The notes: generated by a model not told the origin, from the letters alone. Positions 1-12,016 are shown, numbered from the stretch's first letter. The stretch: DNA of 64,000 nucleotides from an uncultured Actinomycetes bacterium (GCA_963824995.1 CAWGRK010000006.1:1-64000), one strand, 5' to 3'. Program-made: numbers and translations.

Positions 1-83
1 CGGCCGGTCAGGCCAAGATACCCCCCTCGTGACCGTGGCCGAATCGAGATTCGGTGGCGTAAGGGACGCTCCCTATAGGCGGA

Positions 84-946
84 TTAGCCCGGCTGATAGC
101 GGCTTACAAGGCAAGCCGCGCCCGGGGGTCTCGCAAGGCTGCCATCCTGACCTCACCGAAGTCCATGGCAGGCATCTCCAATGTCCCGCCGAGATCGGTG
201 GCTCGTTGCACGATGGCGTCGGTGTCATCGACCGCGAAGGTGACGCTCCAGTGTGGCGGCACGTCGTCGGGGAACTGGTTAGCCGTCATTGGCCTGATCC
301 AGCCAATTGTGTCCTCGAAGCCCGATGGCCATCCGGCAGCGGCCTGGCGGCGGCGCAGGTCGGGGTCCTTCATGTCGAGGATGTGCCCGTAGCCGGGCCT
401 CCGGAACATCGTGGCCTGCCCAAAGCCGAGATCGACCGTTTCGGCCTGCCAGCCGAACACTGCGCCGTAGAACGCCTTGGACCCTTCCGGGTCACGCGTG
501 TTGAGGTCGCTCCAATTCCAAGTGTTCGGCTCGTTGACCAACTGAGCACCAGTGTGCTGGTTCGCCTCCCACACCGAGAACGCGGCTCCGAACGGATCGG
601 TGAAGGTGGCCATGCGGCCGGCGTCGAGGACATCGAACGGCTCCATCAGGGTGATCCCACCCGACTCCTCAACCTTCGTCGCGGCATCGTCTGCGCTGCG
701 AACTGCGATATAGGTGCTCCACACAGGTGGCGCCGGCATCCCCTCCCGCACGGATCCCACAGCCGCGACGTCACGGCCACGAAGTTGAGCCAGGAAGTAC
801 TGGCCGGGAACTTCGGCCGGCATGCGATCGACGAACTCCCAGTCGAAGAGGCCCTGGTAGAAGGCCACCGCCTTTTCCGGGTCGGGCTGCGCGGTGTCGA
901 TCCAGCAGGGCACGCCGGGTGGGTACGCATCTCGCTCGAGGACCAT
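84..946 (-). CDS. VOC (glyoxalase/bleomycin resistance) family protein, two VOC domains; probable frameshift near the 3' end
   Basis: PGVPCWID..DPEKAVAFYQGLFDW, AGRMATFTDPFGA, WSDLNTRDPEGSKAFY, HWSVTFAVDD. The ORF track ends at 104; the shifted frame gives DP-GAACLVSRYQPG* ending at 84. Confidence 0.85.
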
Positions 947-1054
947 TGCCAAGCTCCCGGCTCGGTGTCGCGGTTCACCCTATTCGGCGCCCAGCCGGGG
1001 TTTGCCCTGGTTTCGCTGTCCTAGCATCGGGCCGGGCACGGGGTAGGAGTCGCT

Positions 1055-2487
1055 ATGTTCGATACAGCTCGCGCCGCGGTGGAAGCGGCACTAGCCGGGG
1101 CGCGGTATACGCCGACGCACGAGTCGTCACGTCGCGAAGCGAGGAGCTGCTGGGGCGGAACGGCGAGATCGAGGCAGCCGATCGCAGCGAGGCGGCCGGC
1201 GTCGGGGTACGGGCCCTGGTCGGTTCCTCGTGGGGCTTTGCCGCCACCAGCGATCTCGAAGGGGCGGAATCAGCCGGGTCCCGGGCCGCCGCCATCGCCC
1301 ACGCCTCGGCATTGGTGCCGGGCACCGACCTCCATCTCGCCGAGGTTCCCGCCGTGCAGGATCGGTATGTCACCCCGGTGGTGGAGGACCCGTTCGCGGT
1401 TCCCCTGTCCGAGAAGGCGGACCTGGTGGTGGGCGTCACGGACACCATGGCGGCGGTGGAGGGCATCAAGGTCGCCCACGCCTACCTCAGTTTCTGGGAG
1501 ACCGAGAAGTACCTGGTGTCGAGCCAGGGCCACGAGATCCACCAGCGCCTGGTCGAGTCGGGTGGCGGGATGGACGCCACCGCGGTGGGGGAGACCGAGA
1601 CCCAGCGCCGCTCCTATCCCCAGTCCACCGGCGACTACCGCACCGGTGGGTATGAGGTGGTGCGGGAGTTCGACCTCCCCGGCAACGCCGGCCGCATCGC
1701 CGAGGAGGCGGTTGCCCTGCTGTCGGCGCCGGCCTGCCCCAGCGGGGAGACGGACCTCATCCTCGAATCGAGCCAGCTGGCCCTGCAGATCCATGAGTCG
1801 GTGGGCCATGCCATCGAACTCGACCGGATCCTGGGGTGGGAGGCGGCGTTTGCAGGCACCTCGTTTCTCGACCTCGGGGAATTGGGCCGGTTCCGTTATG
1901 GCTCCGAGCTGATGAACGTGGTGGCCGACGCCACCATCCCCGGCGCCCTGGCCACCTTCGGCTACGACGACGAAGGGACCGCGGCGCAGCGGGTGGACAT
2001 CGTGCGCGACGGGGTCTGGGTGGGCGTCCTCTCGGGGCGGGACTCGGCCCATCTGGCCGGGCTGCCGCCCGGGGGGATGGTGCGGGCCGACGGGTTCAAC
2101 CGGCTGCCGATGGTCCGGATGACCAACGTTGGATTGCTTCCCGGCGACTCCTCGCTGGAAGAGATCATCTCCGAGACCCGCTCCGGCGTCCTGATGTCCA
2201 CCAACCGCTCCTGGTCAATCGACGACAAGCGGCTCAACTTCCAGTTCGGGTGCGAGGTGGGATGGGAAGTGACCGACGGGAAGCTGGGGCGGATGGTGCG
2301 GAACCCGACCTACACCGGGATCACGCCCCACTTCTGGGGATCGCTCGACATGCTGGCTGGGCCCGAGGAGTGGCGTCCCTGGGGGACCCCGAACTGCGGG
2401 AAGGGACAGCCCATGCAGATCGGGCACACCGGACATCCCGCGTCACCGGCCCGTTTCCGGGGAGTGCGGGTGGGGGTGACCGGATGA
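1055..2487 (+). CDS. tldD: TldD metalloprotease subunit (frameshift ~1100)
   Basis: AGGAG SD then MFDTARAAVEAALA; shifted frame YADARVV; HESVGHAIELDR (HExxxH), YDDEG, RMTN, CGKGQP. Confidence 0.9.
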
Positions 2488-3813
2488 GTCGTCTGGAAGA
2501 ACTGGCGGAGCGCATCCTCGGGCTGGTGGGAGCCGAGGCGGAAGCCGAGGTGCGGGTCGTCTCCAATCGGCACGGACTGACCAGGTTTGCCAACTCCTTC
2601 ATCCACCAGAACGTCGAGGAAGAGACCGCCGAGGCCGAGTTGCGGGTCGCGGTGGAAGGACGGGTGTCATCGTCTGCCACCTCCAACGTCGGGGACGACG
2701 CCCTGGATCGGTTCGTCGCCGATGCCGTCGATGCGGCCCGGCTGCAGCCGGTCGACCCGGACTGGCCGGGGGTGGCGCCACCCACCGAGGTACCCGAGAT
2801 CGACCACTACGACCCGGAGACGGCCGATGCGCCTCCCGCCGTGCGAGCCGAGATGGTGCGGAGTTTCATCGCCGCCGGCAAAGGGCTGCGCGCCGCCGGG
2901 TTCGCCGACACCCAGGCGATCAGCTTTGCCTTCGCCAACTCGGCGGGCCATCGGGCTCAGGGACGAACCACCCGGGCCACGATCGAGGGCATTCAACAGA
3001 CCGACACCTCGGCGGGGTCGGCCCACCAGACCTCGCTACGGATCGCCGACCTCGATGCAGCCACCGCTGGCGGAATCGCCGCGGAGCTGGCGCACCGCTC
3101 TGCCGCCTTCGTGGATCTGGAGCCCGGTCGCTACGAGGTGGTACTCAGCCCGGAGTGCGTCTCGACCATCGCCGTCTTCCTCGCCGTCTACGGGTTCAAT
3201 GCCCAGGCACATCTCGACGGCGGTTCGTTCGTCCGCCTCGACGAGCCCCAGTTCTCCCCACTGCTGACCATCGTCGACGACTCTTTGCGGCCCGATGCCA
3301 TCGGCCTGGGCTTTGATGTCGAAGGAACCCCCAAACGACCTCTCACTCTCGTGGAGCATGGGGTCACTCGCAGTCTGGTGCACGACCGCCGCACCGCCCA
3401 CCGGGCCGGAGTGACCTCGACCGGCCATGCTCTGGGTGCCAGCGGCTTCGGTCCGGTGCCGGCCAATGTCGTGGTCACGCCCGGCTCAGCGACCGCCGAC
3501 GAGCTCGTGGCCGGGGTGGAGCGGGGACTGCTCATCACCGAGTTCAACTACTGCCGGATCCTCGACCCCCGGACCCAGGTGGTGACCGGGCTCACTCGCA
3601 ACGGGACCTTCCTCAGTCGAGGACGGCACCATCGCCGGGGGAGTGGGAAACCTGCGCTTCACCCAGTCCTTCCTCGAGGCGCTCTCCGAGGAGAACCTCA
3701 TCGCGGTGGGTGGAGACGCCAGGTACGCCAACTCCGAGTTCGGCCCGGGTCTGATCGTGGCCCCGTCGCTGCGTCTCGCCTCCTGGACATTCACCGGAGG
3801 CGCCGCCGGCTGA
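2484..3813 (+). CDS. pmbA: PmbA/TldE family subunit (frameshift ~3615)
   Basis: ATGA overlap with tldD; LTRFANSFIHQNV, LEPGRYEVVL, FDVEGTPK, TGLTRNGTF, then NLRFTQS in the shifted frame. Confidence 0.85.
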
Positions 3814-3876
3814 TCCACTTTCGCTTAGGTAGATGTGAGCAGTTGCACATCGCAACCCCTACCTCGGGAGGCGGCA

Positions 3877-4533
3877 ATGTCCCAGCTACGTGTCCACAAC
3901 TTCTCGATCTCGCTGGACGGGTTCGGGACCGGCGACGGCATCACTTTCGACGCCCCGTTCGGTCACGCCGGGGAGCGCCTTCACGAGTGGATGTTCGCCA
4001 CGGAATTCTGGTGCTCGATGGTCGGCGAGACCGGTGGCACCGCTGGTGTCGATGACGCGTTCGCCGTCCGCCATGGCGTCGGCATCGGTGCCGAGATCAT
4101 GGGCAGGGGCAAGTTCAGCCCGGATACCGGGCCATGGACCGATGTCGGCACCGACAACGAGTGGCGCGGCTGGTGGGGGCCGAACCCACCATTCCACACG
4201 CCTGTGTTCGTGCTCACGCACCACCCGCGCCCGTCGATCGAGATGGAGGGCGGCACCGTGTTCCATTTCGTCGACGCCAACCCCCAGGAGGCGCTCGACC
4301 TCGCCCGGAAGGCAGCCGGCGACCTGGACGTGCGCCTCGGCGGTGGCCCGACGGTCGTCCGCGACTTCTTGACCGCAGGCCTCATCGACATGCTCCACGT
4401 CGTGCAGGTGCCGATCCTGCTCGGCCGCGGCGTTCGCCTGTGGGACGGCGTCGAGGGCGTCGAGGAGCGCTACGACATCGAGGCGGTCTCGTCACCGAGC
4501 GGCGTCACCCACCTGACCTTCACCCGTCGATAA
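3877..4533 (+). CDS. Dihydrofolate reductase/RibD C-terminal family protein
   Basis: GGAGG SD; FSISLDGF, IMGRG, PVFVLTH, GGGPTVV, PILLGRGVRL. Confidence 0.9.
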   Translation: MSQLRVHNFSISLDGFGTGDGITFDAPFGHAGERLHEWMFATEFWCSMVGETGGTAGVDDAFAVRHGVGIGAEIMGRGKFSPDTGPWTDVGTDNEWRGWWGPNPPFHTPVFVLTHHPRPSIEMEGGTVFHFVDANPQEALDLARKAAGDLDVRLGGGPTVVRDFLTAGLIDMLHVVQVPILLGRGVRLWDGVEGVEERYDIEAVSSPSGVTHLTFTRR

Positions 4534-4635
4534 CCGATCGGCCAGACGTCCGGGGCCTTGTGCGGGAACTCTTCGACGCCGCGTCGTCTGCATTCCATCA
4601 ATCTTGAGGATGACGGGATGCAACCGCTCCAGCAA

Positions 4636-4657
4636 TGTTCACTCGACTGTTCACTCG
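4636..4657 (+). promoter_or_regulatory. Direct repeat TGTTCACTCG x2 (12-bp period), candidate regulator site
   Basis: Exact 10-mers at 4636-4645 and 4648-4657, about 70 bp upstream of the nuclease start. Confidence 0.35.
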
Positions 4658-4723
4658 CCTGCACGCCCACCCGGGACCGCTCAGCGGCCAGAGGGATGCA
4701 GGCATATCGAAAGAAACGAGGAC

Positions 4724-5613
4724 ATGGACCGGGGCAAGAAGTGGGTATCTGGAGTCGTCTTGACTGCCATCGCGATCGGGATGGTGGTGAGCCAGGGCGG
4801 TGACGGACAGACCGCGGAAGCACGGCCTGACCAAGCCGCCTCAGCTGCAACCGTCGCCCCTACAGCCACCACGGGTGCCGCCACCACCACCGAAGCCCCA
4901 GCAACCACCGTTGCCATCACCACGACCGAAGCGCCGACAACCACCGTGGCCCCCACCACGACAGAAGCGCCGACAACCACGGTTGCCAAGACCACCACGA
5001 CGACGATCCCCAGAGCCCAGGTAGTCCGTTGGGTGGATGGAGACACCGTGGAAACCACCGTGGGCACCGTCCGACTCATCGGCATGGACACCCCTGAACG
5101 CGGAGCACCGTGTTCAGCAAAGGCGACAGCGAACGCCGATCGGCTTGCGCCCGTTGGTAGCACCGTTCATCTGATCCCGGTTCAGGGACGTGACGACACC
5201 GACCACTACGACCGACTCCTGCGCTACGTCATGCGTGGCCGAGTGGATGTCGGCTACCGCCAGATCGTCCACGGCTTGGCTGATGCACGCTACGACTCAG
5301 GTGAATACGGCACCCATCCGCAGACGGGACCGCTACCGCCAAGCCGACATCGAGCATCCAAACCAGACATGCGAAGTGACCACGACACAAGCAGCACCAC
5401 GACGCGCTGGCACCGACGACCACGACTGTTCCGGCTACCACGACCACGGAAGCACCGGCAGGGAACTGCGACTCCAGCTACCCGGACTTCTGCATTCCGC
5501 CTCCGTCGCCTGACCTTGACTGCGGTGACGTCAACGGAACCAACTTCACGGTTGTCGGATCCGACCCACATGGGTTTGATGGCAACGACGATGGGATTGG
5601 CTGCGAAAGCTGA
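4724..5613 (+). CDS. Secreted/anchored thermonuclease (SNase) with Thr/Ala/Pro linkers and a C-terminal Excalibur-like Ca-binding motif (frameshifts ~5320, ~5400)
   Basis: Hydrophobic N-terminus; VVRWVDGDT, VRLIGMDTPE, DHYDRLLRYV; last frame CDSSYPDFCIPPPSPDLDCGDV...DPHGFDGNDDGIGCES*. Confidence 0.8.
4882..4990 (+). repeat. Intragenic 36-bp tandem repeat x3 encoding TTTEAPxTTVAx
   Basis: Three 12-aa units in the translation, also recognisable in the DNA. Confidence 0.7.
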
Positions 5614-5774
5614 CCTCGACCTGACCACCCGGTACTTAAGCCCGATCGGGGATCAGCGGCTTCAACGGACCCAGGAACGGTCGAGTGATTAGTGGTCGCC
5701 CAATGGCCGTTCGATCTCTCTGGCCCTGAACGCGGCGCGGGGGTGACTATTGATCCTGGACAACCGGAGACTCT

Positions 5775-6428
5775 TCATGGAGATTCTCTGAGGCCATCGA
5801 GGATCAGGTCGAGACCGAATTCGAATTCGTTGTCGACGCTGTACACGGACCTGAGCGCGTGTTCTCCTATCTCGACGAGATGCGGGTACTCCGTCGGGTT
5901 GAACTGCTCGTCGAGGGGTACGTCGACTGCGTCATCTCCTCAGAGGAGCTGAACGGCAAACTGGTCTCCTGTATGACTTGTCCGTAGACGTAGCAGTCGA
6001 GCAGCCAGAAGGCGTGGACAGCACAGGGTGATGGAGAAGCCCGCGGTGCGCAGGTTCCCGAGGATGGAATCGACATAGTGCAATGCGTTGGGCCCAGTCG
6101 AGCCACGTGCCTCGAGCAAGCCGATAGCCCATGAGTGGCGGCTGAGCACTTGGCGTGCCGAGACCGCTCGATGCCGCATCGCCTGCTTCCAATCGGTTCC
6201 GTCGGTCGGGACCTCGATCTCGCCGATCACTAGCTCGACGATCCCATCGAGGATTGCCTCCTTATTGGCCACGTGTTTGTAAAGCGACATGGCTTCGACA
6301 CCGAGCTCAGCTCCCAGGCGGCGCATCGTCAAGGCGCCGAGTCCTTCACGATCGGCCAGATCGACGGCGGCCTGCAAGACCCGGGCTTTGGTCAGGGGAG
6401 TGCGTAGTGAGGTGTTCTTGTCAAGCAT
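5775..6428 (-). CDS. TetR family regulator with TetR_C domain (frameshifts ~6025, ~5930)
   Basis: LTMRRLGAELGVEAMSLYKHVANK HTH; shifted frames AFWLLDCYVYG and YPHLVE...FEFGLDLILDGL. Confidence 0.85.
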
Positions 6429-6433
6429 CTCAC

Positions 6434-6474
6434 TTGACAGCTTACTAAGTAATTGGTACGTTTACTTAGTAAGC
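6434..6474 (+). promoter_or_regulatory. Sigma70-type promoter overlapped by paired TetR-type operators
   Basis: TTGACA (6434-6439), 17 bp, TACGTT (6457-6462). Perfect 13-bp inverted repeat GCTTACTAAGTAA (6440-6452) / TTACTTAGTAAGC (6462-6474); each arm is itself palindromic. Confidence 0.75.
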
Positions 6475-6496
6475 CACCGTCCAATAGGAGGGTTCC

Positions 6497-6961
6497 ATGT
6501 CTATCCAGACCGAGAAAACACCGACCACCGTCGGTAGAGGGTTTGAACCTGCCAGCGTCAACGTGAGGATGAAGATCTCGGCGCTATGGGTGGCGTTGCT
6601 GTTCGTCTACGCCTACGTCGATATCTTCGGCCTCTTCCGATCTGACGTCAGAGCCGACATCGAGGCAGGTCAGATCGGGGGGTTCGCCCTCAGCCAGTCA
6701 TTCCTCCTGGCGACGACGGTCTACATCGTGATCCCGAGTCTGATGGTGTTCGCCACCCTCGTCCTACGACCAAGCCTCAACCGAATCGCCAACATCGCGC
6801 TGAGCATCATCTATACGGCAACGATCATCGCCGGGGCGATCGGCGAATGGAACTACTACATCCTCGCCAGCGCCATCGAAGTCGGACTGCTCGCCTTAGT
6901 CATCTACTACGCCTGGACCTGGCCGCTACTGGGACACCAGGCAGGAGTGGACCCGAGGTGA
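6497..6961 (+). CDS. DUF6326-like membrane protein
   Basis: AGGAGG SD; KISALWVALLFVYAYVDIF, IPSLMVF, NRIANI; about 4 TM segments; divergent from tetR. Confidence 0.75.
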   Translation: MSIQTEKTPTTVGRGFEPASVNVRMKISALWVALLFVYAYVDIFGLFRSDVRADIEAGQIGGFALSQSFLLATTVYIVIPSLMVFATLVLRPSLNRIANIALSIIYTATIIAGAIGEWNYYILASAIEVGLLALVIYYAWTWPLLGHQAGVDPR

Positions 6962-7111
6962 TCGCTCAGCGTGTCGTCGTGCGCATTGCAGACCTGCGGC
7001 TGGTCGTTCACGATGACCCGCTTGAAGAGGTGACACGGTGGGGTCCGTGATCGCAAGGATCTCGCGACGCTTCGTCGAGGACCGCGGTCGTCGACGCCTT
7101 GCCAGCACGAG

Positions 7112-7693
7112 TTACTGACCGATCCGTCCGTCGATCCGCTCACGCAAGAGGTCGGCGTGACCCATGTGACGGGCGTACTCCTCGATCGTTCCGACCAGTA
7201 CCTCGCGCAGGGATATCGACCCCCCGCCGCTGCCATGCTGATTCAAGGGGTCGTCTCTGGTGATGTCGAGACTGCGCGCCTCGGCCACGAACCGCGTGGC
7301 GAAGTCCACCTCGGCACGCCAGGCGTCCCACGCCTCCGCAACCACCCCGCGGTCGGGAACAGCACCATCGAAATCACCGTCACGGTCGGTGTCGGAGCAG
7401 AACAGCCGGGGTGCGTCCTGTCCCGCCATCATCACCCGGAACGCCCCACGCTCCATCTCGGCGAGGTGTCTCACCAGTCCCAGGAGTGACATCGTGGACG
7501 GCTCGACGGAACGCCGCGCCATGGCTTCCGCATCGAGACCTGAGCACTTCAGCTCCAATGTCAGGCGTTGACGGCGCAGGGCTTCGACCAGCGTGGCGCG
7601 CTCGTCCCCCAGCCTTGGTCCGTTCTCACGCGGGTCGTCGTCAGACGGCTTGCCGTCCGCGGTGAACATGTCGGCTCGTCGGGTGGTGGCCAT
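7112..7693 (-). CDS. DinB superfamily (DUF664) protein
   Basis: DERATL, STMSLLGLVRHLAEMER, IEEYARHMGHADLLRERIDG. Confidence 0.9.
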   Translation of the reverse strand: MATTRRADMFTADGKPSDDDPRENGPRLGDERATLVEALRRQRLTLELKCSGLDAEAMARRSVEPSTMSLLGLVRHLAEMERGAFRVMMAGQDAPRLFCSDTDRDGDFDGAVPDRGVVAEAWDAWRAEVDFATRFVAEARSLDITRDDPLNQHGSGGGSISLREVLVGTIEEYARHMGHADLLRERIDGRIGQ

Positions 7694-7949
7694 GGCCACG
7701 ATTATCGCGGCGGACCTTGGGGACTCACCATGGATTATCGGCATCGCGACGGTTGTCCAGTCCCGCCGTCCCCGCGACGACAAGCAAAACCCAACTCAGG
7801 TGCAGCTCGCCGAGATCGAAGAGCGACGGATCGACCGGCACGGTGCGGACCCTAGATCGAACTGGCTCTTGGCCCTGACGTCCACCAAGCGCATCCATGA
7901 CATCGACCACTGGGTCGATGCCCGTCTCCAATAGGCTCCGCATCAGCCG

Positions 7950-9763
7950 ATGGACCTCCAGATTCAGCTTCTCGGGCGACCTCAGGTGGAACGTGGCGGG
8001 CTGGTTGCCAAGCCACGAGGGCGCAAGACGTGGGCCCTTGTTCGTCTACCTGATCCTCGCCAGGGTCCCCCCTTCCCGGCAAGTGCTTGCAGAGCTGCTT
8101 TTCCCTGATGCCGACGACCCACTCGGTGCGCTGCGCTGGACTCTCTCCGACCTGCGCCGCCTGTTGGGGGACCAGGCCATCATCGAGGGAGACCCAGTTC
8201 GGCTCGTCCTTCCGGTGAACAGCACGATCGACACCCAGATCCTCACCAGGGGATCGTGGGTCGAGGCGATACGCCTGCCCGGGTTGGGCCGGGATCTGAT
8301 CGAGGGACAGGACATTCCCGCCAGCCCGGGCTTCGAACTGTGGCTCACCAGCGAGCGCCGTCATCTCGGTGTCGCCACCGAATCGGTGTCTGCGGGAGGC
8401 CGCTATGTCCAGCCTTGCCCGGAACGAACCGAAAATCGCCGCGGAGTACGCCTCTCGACTGGTCATGCTGAACCCATACGACGAGAACCACCACGCTCTG
8501 TTGATCCGCAGTCTCTCCGTGCTGGGGGACCGTCAGGGGGCGGACCGTCAGGTGGAGTTGGCGACGGCGTTGTTTCGACGTGAGCTCGGGATCGATCCCA
8601 CAGCGGTCCTGCGGATGGCGGCGACTGCGACCTCCGGCGGAAGGTCGAGGGGAGATGGCACCCGCAGTTCTCGCCCGAGTCGAAGCCGGTGAGGCGGCGG
8701 TGGCGGCCGGAGCCCTCGAGGCCGGCCTCACCGCTCTTCGCCAAGCAGTCGAGGGAGCCCGGAGTCTGGATGATCGACGTCTCCTTGCCCGATCCCTGTT
8801 GGCCCTGGGCAGCACCCTGGTACACGCTGCCAGAGGCACCGATGAGGAGGGAGCCGCCGCCCTCTTCGAAGCGGGCGGGTTGGCCGAGGAGGTTGGTGAC
8901 AGGTCGATCGCGGCCACTGCTCGACGGCGAGCTGGCCTGGATCGAGCTTCTTCGGGCTCGTCACGACCGGGCCCATCGGTACCTCGACGAGGCGTCGTTG
9001 CTGGCCGGTGACGACGAAGCGGAGCAGGCGTGGGTCGAGATGATCCGAGGTGCGTGTTATACTGACACCGCGGACTATGCCTCGGCTCTATTGCCTCTTG
9101 ACTCAGCCGTGGAGCACGCCCGGCGAGCGGGCACGGTGCGTCCCGCCGCCCTCGCCGAGGCTCACATCGGACGATGGCATCTGCTGCGGGGTGAGCTGGA
9201 TGAGGCCCGGGTGGCGCTCCATCGCGCCCTCGAGGCGGCCCGGGAGGGGGGATGGACCATCGTTCATCCCTTGGCCCGAGTCGCTCCTCGCCGATGCCGA
9301 CCTGCGGGCCGGCGATGTGGACGCCGCAGCCGCCGGCTTCGAGCATGCCTTCGCCCTCGGCTGCCAGATCGGCGATCCGTGCTGGGAGAGCATCGCGGCA
9401 CGTGGACTGGGGCTGGTGGCCGCCGCCCGAGGCAACGGCGCAGCCGCCCTGGAGTGGCTGGAAGATGCGGTGCACCGTTGCCGGCGGCTCCCCGATTCCT
9501 GGCTGTGGGTGGAGGCCTACGCCCTCGAGGCCCTGTGCAGGGTTGCGGTGGACAACAGCGCTCCATCCTCGTCCCGATGGATCGCCGAGCTGGAAGTCCT
9601 GGCAGCCAAGGCGGGTCTGCGCGAGCTGCTGGCCAGGGCAACCATGCACCGCGCCAGGCTCGGCGACGCAGGCGCCGACGAGGCGGCTACCTTCCTCGCC
9701 GCCGGGATCGACAATCCGGCGCTCATCGCAGAGCTGGCGGCGTCGATCGCCTCATCCTCATAG
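7950..9763 (+). CDS. SARP/BTAD-type transcriptional activator with TPR repeats (about 5 frameshifts)
   Basis: MDLQIQLLGRP...RGRKTWAL; SRQVLAELLFPDADDPLGALRWTLS; FELWLTSERR; LNPYDENHHALLIRSL; TPR-like helices spread over successive frames. Confidence 0.75.
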
Positions 9764-9773
9764 AGTCGTCTCT

Positions 9774-9796
9774 CTCACACGCCCACTCACACGCCC
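9774..9796 (+). promoter_or_regulatory. Direct repeat CTCACACGCCC x2, candidate SARP/BTAD binding site
   Basis: Exact 11-mers at 9774-9784 and 9786-9796 between the regulator and the methyltransferase. Confidence 0.45.
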
Positions 9797-9848
9797 CTCC
9801 CTCAAGTTGCTCCGAAGACCGAACAGGCATCTCAGGAAGGAGCAGCTC

Positions 9849-10914
9849 ATGACGAAGGTCGCTGAGCGCCGTGCCGTCGATGGTCGAGGAGCCGACCATC
9901 AAGGACCAGGCGGGAAAGGTGCTGGGTCACATCGCCGGATACGTGGCGAGCAGAACCGTCGAACTCGGCCTCGCCCACGGACTGATCGCATCGCTGGCGA
10001 GCCATCCCGATGGCCTCACCGCCGAGGACCTGGCATCTGATCGCGATCTCGATCCCTTCTACGTGGAGGTCTGGTGCCGTTCGGCCTTCGCCAACGAACT
10101 CCTCGAGCGGGTGACCGACAAGGTGTACCGGTTGGCACCACACATGGACACGGTGCTCCTCGACCGCGGGTCGCCGGCCTATGTGGCCGGGACGATTGCG
10201 GTCATGTCGCAACCCGATGTGTTCGACCAGTTCTCCCGAACCCTCCCCACCGGCGAGACGGACCTGGTGGAACCACTGCACGTCCAGGATTCATCGATGG
10301 TGTCTCAGGAACCGGCGGGGCCTTCTACGCGAGGCTGATACCGGGTGGGCTGAGCCAGGTCCCGGGGCTTGCGGAACGACTCCAGGATGACGCCCGTATC
10401 CTCGACACCGCCTGTGGATCCGGGGTCGGGCTGGTCCGGCTGACGGAGGCGTATCCGTCGGCGAGCCGTGGTGGGAGCGGACGGGGACGCCTACTCGCTC
10501 GAACTGGCCGCCGAGCGTCTCGGTCGACACGGTCTCACCGACCGGGTCGAGCTGGTGCACACGCCGTTGGAGGAATTGGACCGGGCTAGCGAGTTCGACC
10601 TCATCACCAACAACATCTCGATGCACGAGTGCCGGGACATCAACCGGGTCACGGACAACATCTGGCGGGCGCTCCGGCCGGGCGGCTACTTCGTCATCTC
10701 GGACTTTCCCTTCCCGGACACCGACGAGGCGTTGCGCACCGTGCCGGGGCGGATCATGTCCGGGATCCAGTTCTTCGAGGCTCAGATCGACGATCAGCTG
10801 CTCCCTGTCGCCGCCTACCTCGAGCTGCTGGCCGGACACGGCTTCCGAGACGTGGCCTCGTTCCAGCTCACCCCCGTCCACGCCGTGACCTACGGTGTGA
10901 AGGACCATGGATAG
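9849..10914 (+). CDS. Class I SAM-dependent methyltransferase with N-terminal winged helix (Rv2258c-like; frameshifts)
   Basis: AAGGAG SD; LTAEDLA..LDPFYVEVWC; RILDTACGSGVG; GADGD; FDLITNNISMHE; LRPGGYFVISD. Confidence 0.8.
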
Positions 10915-10920
10915 GAGGGG

Positions 10921-11945
10921 ATGACCATGGGTGCTGAGTGGACGGTTGCCGCGGTCCAAGCCTCGTACGTGCTGATGGATCGCGATGCGACCACGTCGAA
11001 GGTCGAGCAAGCTCATCGCCGACGCCGCCGGTCTCGGGGCGCGCCTCATCGTGTTCCCCGAGGTGTTCATTCCGGGCACACCACTGTGGATCGACACCGT
11101 GCCGATCTGGGACAACGACGAGGCTTGGTACGCCCGGCTCGTGGACCAGGCCGTGGTCGTGCCCAGCCCGACCACGGACCGGATAGGTGCCGCAGCACGT
11201 GAGGCGGGCGTCTACGTCGTGATCGGCGTCAACGAGCGGCAGCCACACGGGGCCACCATCTACAACACGCTGCTGTACTTCGGACCCGACGGACAGCTGC
11301 TCGGCACCCACCGCAAACTGGTGCCGACCGGGTCGGAGCGGACCGTTTGGGGCATGGGCGACGGCTCCACCCTCGAGGTCGTGCCGACCGAGTTCGGGCG
11401 GATCGGCGGGCTGATCTGCTGGGAGAACTACATGCCCCTGGCGAGGTTCCACCTCTACGCCCAGGGCATCGACGTGTGGGTCGCCCCGACACTCGCTCGC
11501 GGCGATGGATGGGTGGCCACCATGCGCCACATCGCCCGCGAGGGACGCGTGTGGGTCGTCGGAGTGCAACCCCTGCGTGCAGATCTCCGACATCCCCGCC
11601 GACTTTCCCGACCGGGACCGTATCGCCCGTGTCATCGACCCCGAGGACGGGGATTGGATCGAACCCGGCAACACGCTCATCTGCAATCCCAACGGTGAGC
11701 TCGTGGCCGGCCCGCTTCGACACAGCGAGGGCATCCTCACCGCCGAGATCGATCTGGCGAAGGTCCACGCCGCACGCCGGCTGTTCGATCCGGCCGGTCA
11801 CTATCACCGGCCCGACGTCTTCCATCTCACCGTCGACACCCGGGCGCGTCCCCCGGTCACTCAGCTCACCGATCGGCCCGCGGTAGGTGAACCGGCGAAC
11901 GGCTATGTGGAGAGACGGATCAGCGAGGACGAACGTATCGGCTAA
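10921..11945 (+). CDS. Nitrilase / carbon-nitrogen hydrolase (frameshifts ~11010, ~11565)
   Basis: VAAVQA, VFPEVF (Glu), HRKLVPT (Lys), ICWENYMP (Cys), DPAGHYHRPDVF. Confidence 0.9.
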
Positions 11946-12016
11946 GGCATGCCGAACCAGGGTTGCCAGCGAACCGTGGAGGTACTTCCCAACCTGGGTC
12001 GCCAACAACCGTCGGT

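Noticed and set aside
1055..3813. tldD/pmbA as part of a RiPP (microcin-like) cluster
   Set aside because: No precursor peptide, YcaO or other modification enzyme nearby; an ordinary stand-alone pair.
7785..7934. Protein-like fragment (QVQLAEIEERRIDRHG...HWVDARLQ*)
   Set aside because: No credible start or recognisable family; possibly a gene remnant but unsupported.
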